Positions 54,412 to 62,782 of a DNA stretch of 64,000 bases are shown here, piece after piece (within the stretch, counting starts at the first letter, position 1; each line of letters starts with the position of its first letter). The stretch lies in IMG/VR virus record IMGVR_UViG_3300023079_000003; one strand, written 5' to 3'. Position numbers and translations under genes: made by a program. The notes below the pieces were generated by a model that was given only the letters and a program-made list of their open reading frames with translations, searched no databases and was not told the origin of the DNA. The stretch is from a virus.

Positions 54412-56192
54412 CCGTAACGCTCGGGGACTACGCCCAGTGGCAGGAGACTCTGACGCCGGCGGATTTCGTGCGCGCCGGTCTCGACGGCATCAACTTCAAG
54501 ACCTCCCACGGGCTCGGTCAGAAGAGTGTGCACCCGAAGATCGTGCAGCGGATCGCCGAGGCCCGAGCGCTGCGAATGCCGATCGCCTCGTTCCACTACC
54601 TGACCGCTGAGGGGTCCGGCCGCGCGCAGGCCGAGTACGCGTATTCGCGCCTGGTCGCCCTCGGCCTGCAGCACAACACCGTGCACCAGGTCGACTGCGA
54701 GGCGGACGCCACCTACGCGATCCTCACCGAGTACGTCACCACCATGCGCAAATTGCTCGGTCGCCCCGTCGTGATCTATTCGGCAGACTGGTGGTGGATC
54801 CCACGAGGATGGGCCGGGAGCACGCTCAGCCCGTACGTGTGGTCCGCGCCCAACACCGGGTACACCACTGGGTACCCGGGAGACACGTCGCCGCTGTGGG
54901 CCTGTGGATGGGGCGGATGGCCGACCATGGCCATCCTGCAGTACGAGGTCGGCCCTCTCCGCTACCCGGGAGGTAGCACCAGCGGCGACCTCAAGGTGAG
55001 CAAGTCTGCGATCCGCGACCTCGCGGTGTGGGCTGCTCTGGCAGGAGGACAGATGACACAGCCCGTGTGCGACGTCGGAGACCTCGAGCAGTTCTCCGGC
55101 GCGACCGTGGCCGACCCGTGGCTGAGCCCGCAGGGCTGGCCGGTGACGACAACCCTGAAGGAGTGGCGGCCCGAGCTGCCACCGGGAATGCCCCGGGCGG
55201 TGGCAGCGCGCGCGGCGTGGCTGGTGGTGCCGGCGCTCAACGCCCTGCTCGCGGAGCTGAACGACGTCGCCCCCGACCGCGACAAGTCCTCGGACGGGTC
55301 AATCGGGGACACCAGCCACTCGGCCCGCCCCTCCGGGCACAACCCCGACGAGACCGGCAGCCCCGAGGACACCGACTCCGACAGCATCAACGAGGTCAGG
55401 GCCAGGGACTTCGACAAGGACCTGAACCGGCCCGGCCTGTCGATGGAGATGGTGGCCCAGTACCTCGTGGCCGAGTGCCGCGCGGGCCGGATCACATGGA
55501 TCAAGTACCTGATCTTCAACAAGCGCATCTGGCGCGCCGCCACGGGCTGGGTCACCCAGGTCTACACCGGGTCCAACCCGCACGACCACCACATGCACGT
55601 GTCCTGCAAGTCGGACACGACCAGCGAGAACACCACACGGAAGGTTGGCCTGGCCAGCCTCCTCGAGGAGGACGAGTTCATGGCATTCATCGAGAACCGC
55701 AGCCAGTTCCAGACGGAGCTGACGGCCTGGGCGGAGACCGGCGCCGGTCGCAACGCCCTCGCCGTCGCCGTGCTGGCCCACGACCCCGGGAAGAACGCCG
55801 ACGGGTCGATCAAGCCGGGCGGGGTGGCCAACCCTGGCGACGACGCGGCCACCAACCCGACAATCGGTCCCGGCTGGGCGCTGAACCGGGCGGCCGTGTC
55901 CGCGATCCTCGCCTACCAGATCCGCGACCGGGCCGACGCCGCGAACCGGGCACTTGCCAGCCTGGCCACCACCGTCGGGCAGGTGCTCGCCAAGGTCACC
56001 CAGGACGACGGCGACCGGGCCGCGATCGAGCAGGAGATCGCAGAGGTGCAGACCGCCCTTGCCGGCACACCGCAGGCGACGGTAGACGCGCTCGGTGCCT
56101 CGGATGCCAGCCCGGAGGAGAAGGCGGCCCTGCTGCGCGCCGCCCTCGGTGCGGACGCGGTCGAAGTCGGCCAGCTTCTGGCGGCGGGCTGA
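54408..56192 (+). CDS. Endolysin: GH25 muramidase plus M15-like peptidase plus C-terminal domain
   Basis: GINFKTSHG, SFHYL, VDCE, VIYS, LQY; DGSIGD.SH..RPSGHNPD, RARDFD, YTGSNPHDHHMHVS. Confidence 0.85.
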   Translation: MTVTLGDYAQWQETLTPADFVRAGLDGINFKTSHGLGQKSVHPKIVQRIAEARALRMPIASFHYLTAEGSGRAQAEYAYSRLVALGLQHNTVHQVDCEADATYAILTEYVTTMRKLLGRPVVIYSADWWWIPRGWAGSTLSPYVWSAPNTGYTTGYPGDTSPLWACGWGGWPTMAILQYEVGPLRYPGGSTSGDLKVSKSAIRDLAVWAALAGGQMTQPVCDVGDLEQFSGATVADPWLSPQGWPVTTTLKEWRPELPPGMPRAVAARAAWLVVPALNALLAELNDVAPDRDKSSDGSIGDTSHSARPSGHNPDETGSPEDTDSDSINEVRARDFDKDLNRPGLSMEMVAQYLVAECRAGRITWIKYLIFNKRIWRAATGWVTQVYTGSNPHDHHMHVSCKSDTTSENTTRKVGLASLLEEDEFMAFIENRSQFQTELTAWAETGAGRNALAVAVLAHDPGKNADGSIKPGGVANPGDDAATNPTIGPGWALNRAAVSAILAYQIRDRADAANRALASLATTVGQVLAKVTQDDGDRAAIEQEIAEVQTALAGTPQATVDALGASDASPEEKAALLRAALGADAVEVGQLLAAG

Positions 56193-56196
56193 GATC

Positions 56197-56640
56197 ATGC
56201 CGCTGCGGAGGACGTACCGCGCGCTCAGGCACCAGGTCGGCTACCGGGGGACAGTCCTGCTGGCGTTCGGATTCCTTGACCTCGGCTACGGGTACGGGCT
56301 GCTGTACCCGGACCGGGCCACGTCGCGCGGTCCGTCCTTCGCCTACTACGACAGCGTGCTGTCCAGCAACATCTGGGGGCTGCTCTGGCTCATCGCCGGC
56401 GTCGTCCTGATCTGGCACGCGTTCCGGCGGGACGACAAGGTCGGCTACGTGGTGGCGATCGTCGTGAAGGTGTGGTGGTCGTCCTTCAACCTGATCGGCT
56501 GGTGGACGTGGCCGGGCATGGAGCGAGGATGGGTCACGGGTGTGATCTTCGCGGTGTTCGGGGTGTTCGTGTTCAGTGAGGCGTCTCGCCCGGAGCCGCA
56601 CCCTCATGTGACGGAGCTGGACGACGAGGAGATCGAATGA
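56197..56640 (+). CDS. 4-TM membrane protein (lysis cassette)
   Basis: Four hydrophobic segments. Confidence 0.75.
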   Translation: MPLRRTYRALRHQVGYRGTVLLAFGFLDLGYGYGLLYPDRATSRGPSFAYYDSVLSSNIWGLLWLIAGVVLIWHAFRRDDKVGYVVAIVVKVWWSSFNLIGWWTWPGMERGWVTGVIFAVFGVFVFSEASRPEPHPHVTELDDEEIE

Positions 56641-57008
56641 GGTTGGAGACCCGGGACTTCTTGTCGATCCTGGCGCTGCTCGCGTCGGTCGTGCTGGGCG
56701 TCATCACCGCGCGCAACGGCCGCCGTGGTGTCGAGACCGGGCAGGAGAACCTGAAGCTGCAGAAGCTCAAGCACACCGAGGACCGGGTCACCGAGCTGGA
56801 AGGTAAGGTCGCCAAGGCCAACGGCACGATCGAGTCGTTACAGCGCAAACTGCGGGTGACGACAGAGCTGGCCGACCAGGCAACCGCCGAGTGGACCGCC
56901 CTATCGATCTTCATACACCGGCCCGGGATGACCCTCGACCGGGTGAAGGATTATGTCGGCCCGCCCACCGCCGAGCCGGCGACCGGTGGGGGAAGGCCGA
57001 GCAAGTGA
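56637..57008 (+). CDS. N-terminal TM plus coiled-coil protein
   Basis: FLSILALLASVVLGVI followed by a heptad region. Confidence 0.7.
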   Translation: MRLETRDFLSILALLASVVLGVITARNGRRGVETGQENLKLQKLKHTEDRVTELEGKVAKANGTIESLQRKLRVTTELADQATAEWTALSIFIHRPGMTLDRVKDYVGPPTAEPATGGGRPSK

Positions 57009-57601
57009 CCGACCCGCCCGGTTGGACGACGGCGACTCTCCACGCCCACATGGCGGAGATCATCCAACTGTTCCGGCAGCAGATCGACCGGCAGTGGGCG
57101 GATGAACGCCGGGCCGTTGACATTGCGCTCCGAGCCCACGACGAGGCGCTGAGGGTCGCCGCGCTCACCTCCGAGAAGGCGATCACCGCCGCCCTCGCCG
57201 CGCAGAAGGAAGCCGTCGGGATCGCCCAGGCTTTCGCGGACCAGCGGGCCGCGTCGATGAACGAGTGGCGCAAGTCCCTCGATGACGTCCTTACCAAGGC
57301 CATGCCCCGGCAGGAGGCGGAGGCCGCGATCCAGCGGGCCACCGAACGCATCCAGGAGTTGGTGCTGAACCAGCAGCACATGGTGTCCCGGCAGGAGTTG
57401 GACATGGCCCGGACCCGGGACGCCGAACGCATCACCGAGCAGAGCGCCAGGATCACGGAGCTGACCACGCGGCTGACCAAGGTCGAGTCCTTGGCCGCCG
57501 GCGCGGACAAGAACAGGGCGGCGATCTTCGCTGCGCTCGGCATCGCCACCAGCCTCATCGTCGCCGTGATCGTGGTGCTCAACTTCATCACCCGGGCGTA
57601 G
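57005..57601 (+). CDS. Coiled-coil protein with a C-terminal TM anchor
   Basis: Long helix, then AAIFAALGIATSLIVAVIVVLNFI. Confidence 0.7.
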   Translation: MTDPPGWTTATLHAHMAEIIQLFRQQIDRQWADERRAVDIALRAHDEALRVAALTSEKAITAALAAQKEAVGIAQAFADQRAASMNEWRKSLDDVLTKAMPRQEAEAAIQRATERIQELVLNQQHMVSRQELDMARTRDAERITEQSARITELTTRLTKVESLAAGADKNRAAIFAALGIATSLIVAVIVVLNFITRA

Positions 57602-57619
57602 CCCGCAAGGAGGACGACC

Positions 57620-58192
57620 ATGACCTCATCCGACCAGCCCACCCCCGGCTTTGACTCCGAGCTGGCGATCCGAGCCGTCTCGGCCACGACCTGGGCGCTC
57701 ACCGCACCGCTGGTGTGGACGGGCAACCAGGGCGACACGTTCACCGTGCCGGCAGGGTTCGTGACCGACTTCGCCACCTCGCCGCGCATCCTTCACTGGC
57801 GGGTGCTGCCGTACGGGCCGTACACCCGGGCGGCCGTCCTGCACGACTGGCTGCTCGTGTCGCTGGCCAAGTGGCAGGACGCCAAGGACTCCGGCGCGGT
57901 CATGGACTGGGACCCGCCGGCGAACTCCCGCGACACCGACGGCATCTTCCGGGTGGCGATGCGACACCTCGGCACCCCGTGGGCCACGCGGTGGACCATG
58001 TGGGCTGCGGTCCGGCTCGCCGCTCTGACCAACCACCGCCGGGCGTACGGGCGGCAGTTCGCCCGAGACCTGCCCCGGGTGGCCGGGATCTGCCTCATCG
58101 CCATCCCGATCAACATCCTCGGCGTGGTCGGCGTTGGCCTGTCCCTGCTCCTCGGGGCGCCGTTCGGTCTGATCAAGCCGCGTCGACACTGA
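57620..58192 (+). CDS. DUF1353 domain protein with a C-terminal TM
   Basis: VPAGFVTDFATSPR, AAVLHDWL, D.IFR.AM, WAAVR. Confidence 0.8.
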   Translation: MTSSDQPTPGFDSELAIRAVSATTWALTAPLVWTGNQGDTFTVPAGFVTDFATSPRILHWRVLPYGPYTRAAVLHDWLLVSLAKWQDAKDSGAVMDWDPPANSRDTDGIFRVAMRHLGTPWATRWTMWAAVRLAALTNHRRAYGRQFARDLPRVAGICLIAIPINILGVVGVGLSLLLGAPFGLIKPRRH

Positions 58193-58237
58193 TCGATCTA
58201 CTATCAGCCTGACCCGCACGAACCCCTGGGAGGGGAC

Positions 58238-58549
58238 ATGACCACACCCACGCCGCAGCCCGAGAAGACCTCGGTCGGCAACACCGGCGCCTCACTGCTC
58301 CGCACCTACGTCATGCTCGGCGTCGGCTACTTCCTGACCTGGCTGGCCCGCCGCAACAACATCGTCCTCGACGAGCAGTCGTCGCAGGCCCTGGTGCTCG
58401 GCATCAGCGGTCTGATCACCGCCGCCTACTACACGGTGGTGCGGCTACTCGAATCGAAGTCGAAGGTGTTCGGTTGGTTCCTCGGCCTGGCCACCTCCCC
58501 GAAGTACGCGCCGACGGACGCACCCGCGCAGACCCCGGCCGCTCCCTGA
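58238..58549 (+). CDS. Holin (actinophage type)
   Basis: SLLRTYV..GVG.FLTWL...AAYY..VR.LE...GWFLG....P.Y; GGAGG RBS. Confidence 0.75.
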   Translation: MTTPTPQPEKTSVGNTGASLLRTYVMLGVGYFLTWLARRNNIVLDEQSSQALVLGISGLITAAYYTVVRLLESKSKVFGWFLGLATSPKYAPTDAPAQTPAAP

Positions 58550-58629
58550 TCTACCGCCACCTCTGGTACGCTGCGGTTGCAGACCAGGGCCGTCCGTCCC
58601 CCTGCAGCGCCGGCGCAGGCGCACCCCCC

Positions 58630-58670
58630 GGCCTCGTCCTCGGCCCCCGCGCATCCCCGAGGACGAGGCC
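58630..58670 (+). terminator. 14-bp perfect stem-loop ending the late operon
   Basis: GGCCTCGTCCTCGG...CCGAGGACGAGGCC. Confidence 0.55.
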
Positions 58671-58770
58671 GCATAATCTACAAAAAAACACACCGCAGGT
58701 AGACCGTGAGCCCCCGGGCCGCATCCAGAAATGGAGCGGTACCCGGGGGCTCTCGCACGTGGCGGAAAAT

Positions 58771-58785
58771 TGGTAGGGTTCATGC
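58771..58785 (+). promoter_or_regulatory. Extended -10 promoter giving a probably leaderless mRNA
   Basis: TGG-TAGGGT followed by 6 nt, then ATG at 58786; no Shine-Dalgarno sequence. Confidence 0.5.
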
Positions 58786-59223
58786 ATGACCTTCTATCGA
58801 CGAGCAGCCGTTGCGGCTGCCGCCCTCGCCCTGACCGGTGTCTCGCTGTTCTCCGCCCCGCAGCAGGCTTCCGCCGGCGTCCCGCCCACTCCCGAAGGCC
58901 CCTCGGCCAAGCAGGTCCAGGACGCGGGCCGTGCCAAGCCCGCCAACTGCCCGGCCAGCTCCCTGTGCATGTACAACGACGCGAACTACTACGGCGGCCA
59001 GGACAACCGCCTCGCCCGCGCCAACGGCACCTGTGACGGCGTGGCGTACAACGACCAGATCAGCTCGATCTGGAACGGCTCGGGCAAGAGCGTCCGGTTC
59101 TACAACGACGCCGGCTGCACGGGGCAGGCGTACTCGCTGCCCAACGGCAGCGGGTCGGCGTACCTGACGATCACCCACCCCACTCAGTCGGACGAGATCA
59201 CCTCGTTCAAGTGGGGCGCCTGA
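58786..59223 (+). CDS. Secreted peptidase inhibitor family I36 (beta/gamma-crystallin-like) protein
   Basis: Signal peptide ending AQQASA; CPASSLCMYNDANY.G, NDQISSIWN.SG..VRFY.D.GCTG. Confidence 0.8.
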   Translation: MTFYRRAAVAAAALALTGVSLFSAPQQASAGVPPTPEGPSAKQVQDAGRAKPANCPASSLCMYNDANYYGGQDNRLARANGTCDGVAYNDQISSIWNGSGKSVRFYNDAGCTGQAYSLPNGSGSAYLTITHPTQSDEITSFKWGA

Positions 59224-59240
59224 CCTTCCCCCTTCCCCGC

Positions 59241-59279
59241 AGCGTCCCCGGCCTTTTCCCAGGCCGGGGGCGCTTTTTT
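59241..59279 (+). terminator. Intrinsic terminator
   Basis: AGCG-CCCCGGCC...GGCCGGGG-CGCT followed by TTTTT. Confidence 0.8.
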
Positions 59280-59291
59280 GTGCCCGGACCA

Positions 59292-59338
59292 CTTGACCCC
59301 CGTTGGTCGCGCGTGCGAGAATAAACAGGTAAGCAAGA
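59292..59338 (+). promoter_or_regulatory. Conserved phage promoter, copy 1
   Basis: TTGACC-N18-GAGAAT with TGn; downstream ACAGGTAAGC. Confidence 0.65.
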
Positions 59339-59370
59339 CACCGGGAACCACAACCCAGAAGGAGAAAGTC

Positions 59371-59928
59371 ATGGCCACCACCACGAAGCCCCGCCTCAGC
59401 TACCGGGGCCAGGCGTTCGCCGCCGCCGACACCCACAACGTCACCCTCGCGGTCGACGACACCCAACCGGGCCTCACCGGCACGGCCACCGCCCCGGCGG
59501 GCTTCGTGTTCACGGCCAGCAGCACCCACACGATCTCCTTCGCCTACGACGGCAAGCGCGAGGCCGCCTGGCCGAAGCTGGCCAAGCTCATGAAGGCCGG
59601 GACCTCCCCGTGCACCTGCACAGCCTGCACGCTGGCCCTCGCCGTGGCCGACCCCGCCCCGGCCGGTCTGGTCTCCGCGACCGGCATCCTCACCGGCCTG
59701 GCCGACGCCGTCATCGGCACCCTCACCGCCCGGCAGCAGACCGGGTACAAGCGCACCAGCCGCCCCTACGGCCCGTACCTGGCGGCCGACGTCCGCGCCG
59801 ACTACCACAAGGGCTGGGCGCTCGCCGGTGCCAAGCAGTCCATCCCCGCCGACGCCTCGACCGCCCTGCAGGCCGGGTTCTGGGACCGCAAGGCCAGCGC
59901 CGCCCCGTGGTCCTCCCTGGCCGCCTGA
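59371..59928 (+). CDS. Hypothetical protein
   Basis: AAGGAG RBS; CTCTAC motif. Confidence 0.75.
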   Translation: MATTTKPRLSYRGQAFAAADTHNVTLAVDDTQPGLTGTATAPAGFVFTASSTHTISFAYDGKREAAWPKLAKLMKAGTSPCTCTACTLALAVADPAPAGLVSATGILTGLADAVIGTLTARQQTGYKRTSRPYGPYLAADVRADYHKGWALAGAKQSIPADASTALQAGFWDRKASAAPWSSLAA

Positions 59929-59941
59929 CCTCTTTCGGTGG

Positions 59942-59972
59942 AGCCCCGGCGCTGCGATAGGCCGGGGCTTTC
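59942..59972 (+). terminator. Intrinsic terminator
   Basis: AGCCCCGGC...GCCGGGGCT-TTCT. Confidence 0.7.
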
Positions 59973-59983
59973 TCCTGGGAACC

Positions 59984-60029
59984 CTTGACCCCGGTGGTCT
60001 CGCGTGCGAGACTAGACAGGTAAGCGAGA
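59984..60029 (+). promoter_or_regulatory. Conserved phage promoter, copy 2
   Basis: TTGACC-N17-GAGACT with TGn; downstream ACAGGTAAGC. Confidence 0.65.
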
Positions 60030-60050
60030 GACGACAGAAAGAAGAGACCG

Positions 60051-60287
60051 ATGATCCTCTCCGCCACCGCCCGCATCATTTCCTTCGGCCGCCGGATCGG
60101 CGGGCAGATCCCCGTCACCGACCCGAACGGCCAGTTGATCGGCAAGGTCGACCTGGTCCGTGGGTTCGCCCACTACCACGGCATCGGCGCCCACGCCGGA
60201 TTCACCGCCGTCATCCGCGACGGACTCCCCGGCCTCGAAAAGGCCCTGGCCGACGGCGTCCAGAACGGCCGCGACGACCGGAACTGA
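60051..60287 (+). CDS. Hypothetical protein
   Basis: Downstream of promoter copy 2. Confidence 0.7.
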   Translation: MILSATARIISFGRRIGGQIPVTDPNGQLIGKVDLVRGFAHYHGIGAHAGFTAVIRDGLPGLEKALADGVQNGRDDRN

Positions 60288-60328
60288 AACCCCCCGCCCT
60301 TGCACCACCTCTCCCCGAGGAGCACCCG

Positions 60329-60631
60329 ATGATCGACACCCGCACCCTGCCCGAGCCCCGGATGAACTGGTCCCCGGTCGTCTCCCGTGGCCCGATCTGC
60401 GGCTACTGCAAGGCCCGCCACCTGAACGTCACCGCGATCCGCGACTGCTACGACGCCGGCCTGCGCTACGAGTCCGACCTCGAGCAGATCGCCGCCGAGC
60501 ACGCCGCAGAGCTGGCCGCCGAGCGCTGGCACGAGGACCGTGGCTGGGACGCGGCCCGCGCCGACGAGGCGATCGAGGCCGCGCGCGGAGTCATCCCGTT
60601 CCACGAGGCGTACGCCGCAGCCCTCGCCTGA
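60329..60631 (+). CDS. Zn-finger-like hypothetical protein
   Basis: GAGGAG RBS; CGYC...H...C. Confidence 0.7.
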   Translation: MIDTRTLPEPRMNWSPVVSRGPICGYCKARHLNVTAIRDCYDAGLRYESDLEQIAAEHAAELAAERWHEDRGWDAARADEAIEAARGVIPFHEAYAAALA

Positions 60632-60678
60632 TAGGGTCGGGTTCGCAGCCCCGCCGAAGTTGATGCCCCCGCAACACA

Positions 60679-60711
60679 GAAGCCCCCGACCCGTGATGGG
60701 TTGGGGGCTTC
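60679..60711. terminator. Bidirectional terminator between convergent units
   Basis: GAAGCCCCCGACCC-gtgat-GGGTTGGGGGCTTC. Confidence 0.7.
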
Positions 60712-60760
60712 GTCGTGCGACCATCGGTGCGTCACCAGGCTGGCGGACCTGATGTCCCGG

Positions 60761-61561
60761 TCAGGATAGAACGCGCCGTGCCATCTGCTCCGGGTAGCCG
60801 GACATCTGCGGGGTCTGCGGGTAGTCCTCCGCCGGCAGCGCCTTGCGGATCGCCGCGAACCAGGTGTTGTACGTGGCCCGGCCACTGAGCCCGGCCAGGG
60901 CGTCGATGGCCACGCGGGTGAACGCCCCGTTGGGCCGGCGGCCGAAGTACGCGTCGTACGAGAACTCGGCATCCCGGCATCCGGCGATCAGCAGCCCGGC
61001 ATTTCTCGACCGGCCGGTGGTCGGGGCCGCCTGGGCTGCCGCCGCCTGCCGCAGGTCCCTGCCGCCCAGGAACACCGACGGCGGGAGGAACCGTGCCCGG
61101 CGGTGGGTCTTCGTCCCCCGGGGGTTCAGCGGGGCCATCAGCCGGGCGACGGTGCCCGAGTGGCACGAGTCGGAGATGAACACCACCCCGGCGTCCGTGG
61201 GGCGGCCGGAGAGGAGGACGAACAGGTCGTCGTCGAGGATCGGCCCGGAGTTCATGATGTCGTGCGGGACCAGCGCCTCGTCCCGGCCGTCGACCTCGTC
61301 GCCGTTGGTGTCGGGCATCCACGTCCCGTGCCCGGAGTAGGTGATGACCACGGTGTCGCCGGCGGTGGCCCCGCCGAGCACCCGCTCGATCTCCGAGGTG
61401 ATGCCCTCGTAGGTGGCGCCGGAGTCGAACAGCCGGAACGTGATCGCCCCCCGGGCGGCGAGCTGGTCGGACCAGTCCTGGGCGTCATTCACGCAGCCGT
61501 GGAGGTCGGAGTCGGTGCCGGGGTAGTCGTTGATGCCGATGTGCAGTGAGCGGAGTGTCAC
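60761..61561 (-). CDS. Caspase-family (peptidase C14, metacaspase-like) protease
   Basis: LHIGINDY...LHGCVNDA, YSGHG, DEAL.P.D, ISDSCHSGT; His-Cys dyad intact. Confidence 0.92.
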   Translation of the reverse strand: MTLRSLHIGINDYPGTDSDLHGCVNDAQDWSDQLAARGAITFRLFDSGATYEGITSEIERVLGGATAGDTVVITYSGHGTWMPDTNGDEVDGRDEALVPHDIMNSGPILDDDLFVLLSGRPTDAGVVFISDSCHSGTVARLMAPLNPRGTKTHRRARFLPPSVFLGGRDLRQAAAAQAAPTTGRSRNAGLLIAGCRDAEFSYDAYFGRRPNGAFTRVAIDALAGLSGRATYNTWFAAIRKALPAEDYPQTPQMSGYPEQMARRVLS

Positions 61562-61572
61562 GGGTTTCCTTA

Positions 61573-62073
61573 CTAGTCGGGGCAGTTCCCGCAGTGCTGC
61601 GGGAGAACGCCGGGGCACACCGTGGCGATCTTGCCGGCGGTGGCGATGAGGGACGCGCCCGCGAGGAGGGCGGCGATGCCGAGCGCGGGAACGAGCAGGG
61701 CGTTGGCGACGGCACCGCCGGTGGCGTACCCGGCCACGGCGGACGCGCCGAACAGGATGCCGGCGGCGCCGACCCACCGGGTGGCGTGCCTGGCCCAGAC
61801 CGGCCAGTACGCCCACCCGCCGGGGATCTTCGTGGGGGACAGGACGACCAGCTCGATCGAGGCGACGTAACCGCGCGCGCCGCGCAGCTCCGTCCGCAGC
61901 GGGCCGCGCCGGAGCAGGGTGCCCGCCGCGACGTGCTCGGCCAGCCGGTTACGGACGAACGCCGGCGACCCGCTCACCTTGTCGAGGGTGATCTGCCGCA
62001 GGGTGCCGTCCCACAGCTCGACGTGCTTGCCGATCATGTCGTCCTGCACGCGGGCGAGTTCGAGGGTGCTCAT
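61573..62073 (-). CDS. Membrane protein (2 C-terminal TM plus a Cys-rich tail)
   Basis: AAAGGA RBS; CPGVLPQHCGNC. Confidence 0.7.
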   Translation of the reverse strand: MSTLELARVQDDMIGKHVELWDGTLRQITLDKVSGSPAFVRNRLAEHVAAGTLLRRGPLRTELRGARGYVASIELVVLSPTKIPGGWAYWPVWARHATRWVGAAGILFGASAVAGYATGGAVANALLVPALGIAALLAGASLIATAGKIATVCPGVLPQHCGNCPD

Positions 62074-62300
62074 CGGTGGTCCTTTCGGGTGGGGAGGAAA
62101 CTGCCGAAGGTGCTCCGCAGGGCGAACGTCGCCCCGGCGGCGAAGACTCCGGCGCCGAGCAGGCCCATCGGGTAGGAGGAGAGGAGCATTCCTCCCAGCC
62201 CGGCGGTGGCGATGCCCATGAAGTCGACGGTGTTCAGGTCCCGGTGGTAGCAGACCAGGACGCCGAGCCCGATCCCGGTCAGGAAGATCACCGTCGCCAT
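62070..62300 (-). CDS. Small membrane protein
   Basis: Hydrophobic; ATGA overlap. Confidence 0.65.
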   Translation of the reverse strand: MATVIFLTGIGLGVLVCYHRDLNTVDFMGIATAGLGGMLLSSYPMGLLGAGVFAAGATFALRSTFGSFLPTRKDHR

Positions 62301-62530
62301 TCGGACCCCTGCAGCTCCCACGGGTCGCCGGCGGCGGTGTCGCCGTCCCAGCCCCGGATGGTCAGCCCGTCCAGCTCGAACAGGTTCATCGACCGGGATT
62401 CGGCGTAGTCGACGAGGAGCTGCGCGAGCTGGTCCTCGACCGGGGCGGCCGGGAGTGCGGGTGGGGCGGAGCCCTGCTCGAGGACAACACCACCCGGGGC
62501 GAAAATCTCGTATACGAGAGGAGAGGTCAT
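62288..62530 (-). CDS. Hypothetical protein (leaderless)
   Basis: ATG lies 6 nt after the -10 hexamer. Confidence 0.65.
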   Translation of the reverse strand: MTSPLVYEIFAPGGVVLEQGSAPPALPAAPVEDQLAQLLVDYAESRSMNLFELDGLTIRGWDGDTAAGDPWELQGSEWRR

Positions 62531-62565
62531 CTGCCTATGATAGGCGCGAGGTGGCGGAAAGTCAC
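62531..62565 (-). promoter_or_regulatory. Leftward promoter of the metacaspase operon
   Basis: GTGACT-N17-TATCAT-N6-ATG. Confidence 0.65.
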
Positions 62566-62782
62566 TGCGTGTGCTACGGCCCCTGCTGGTGCGGGCCGGT
62601 CCCGGACGGCGCCCCGTGAGGCTTGTGCTTCAACCGGCCGAGCCACCATCCGCGACGGGCGAGGTGCACGGCCAGAGGCGCCCCAAGCCGGTCGTACGGG
62701 CGGCACCCGGACACGTGCAAGATCCGGCGAAACAGGACCCTCTCCATGGGCAGGAGGATAGGCCACCCCACCCGTCCGTAGG

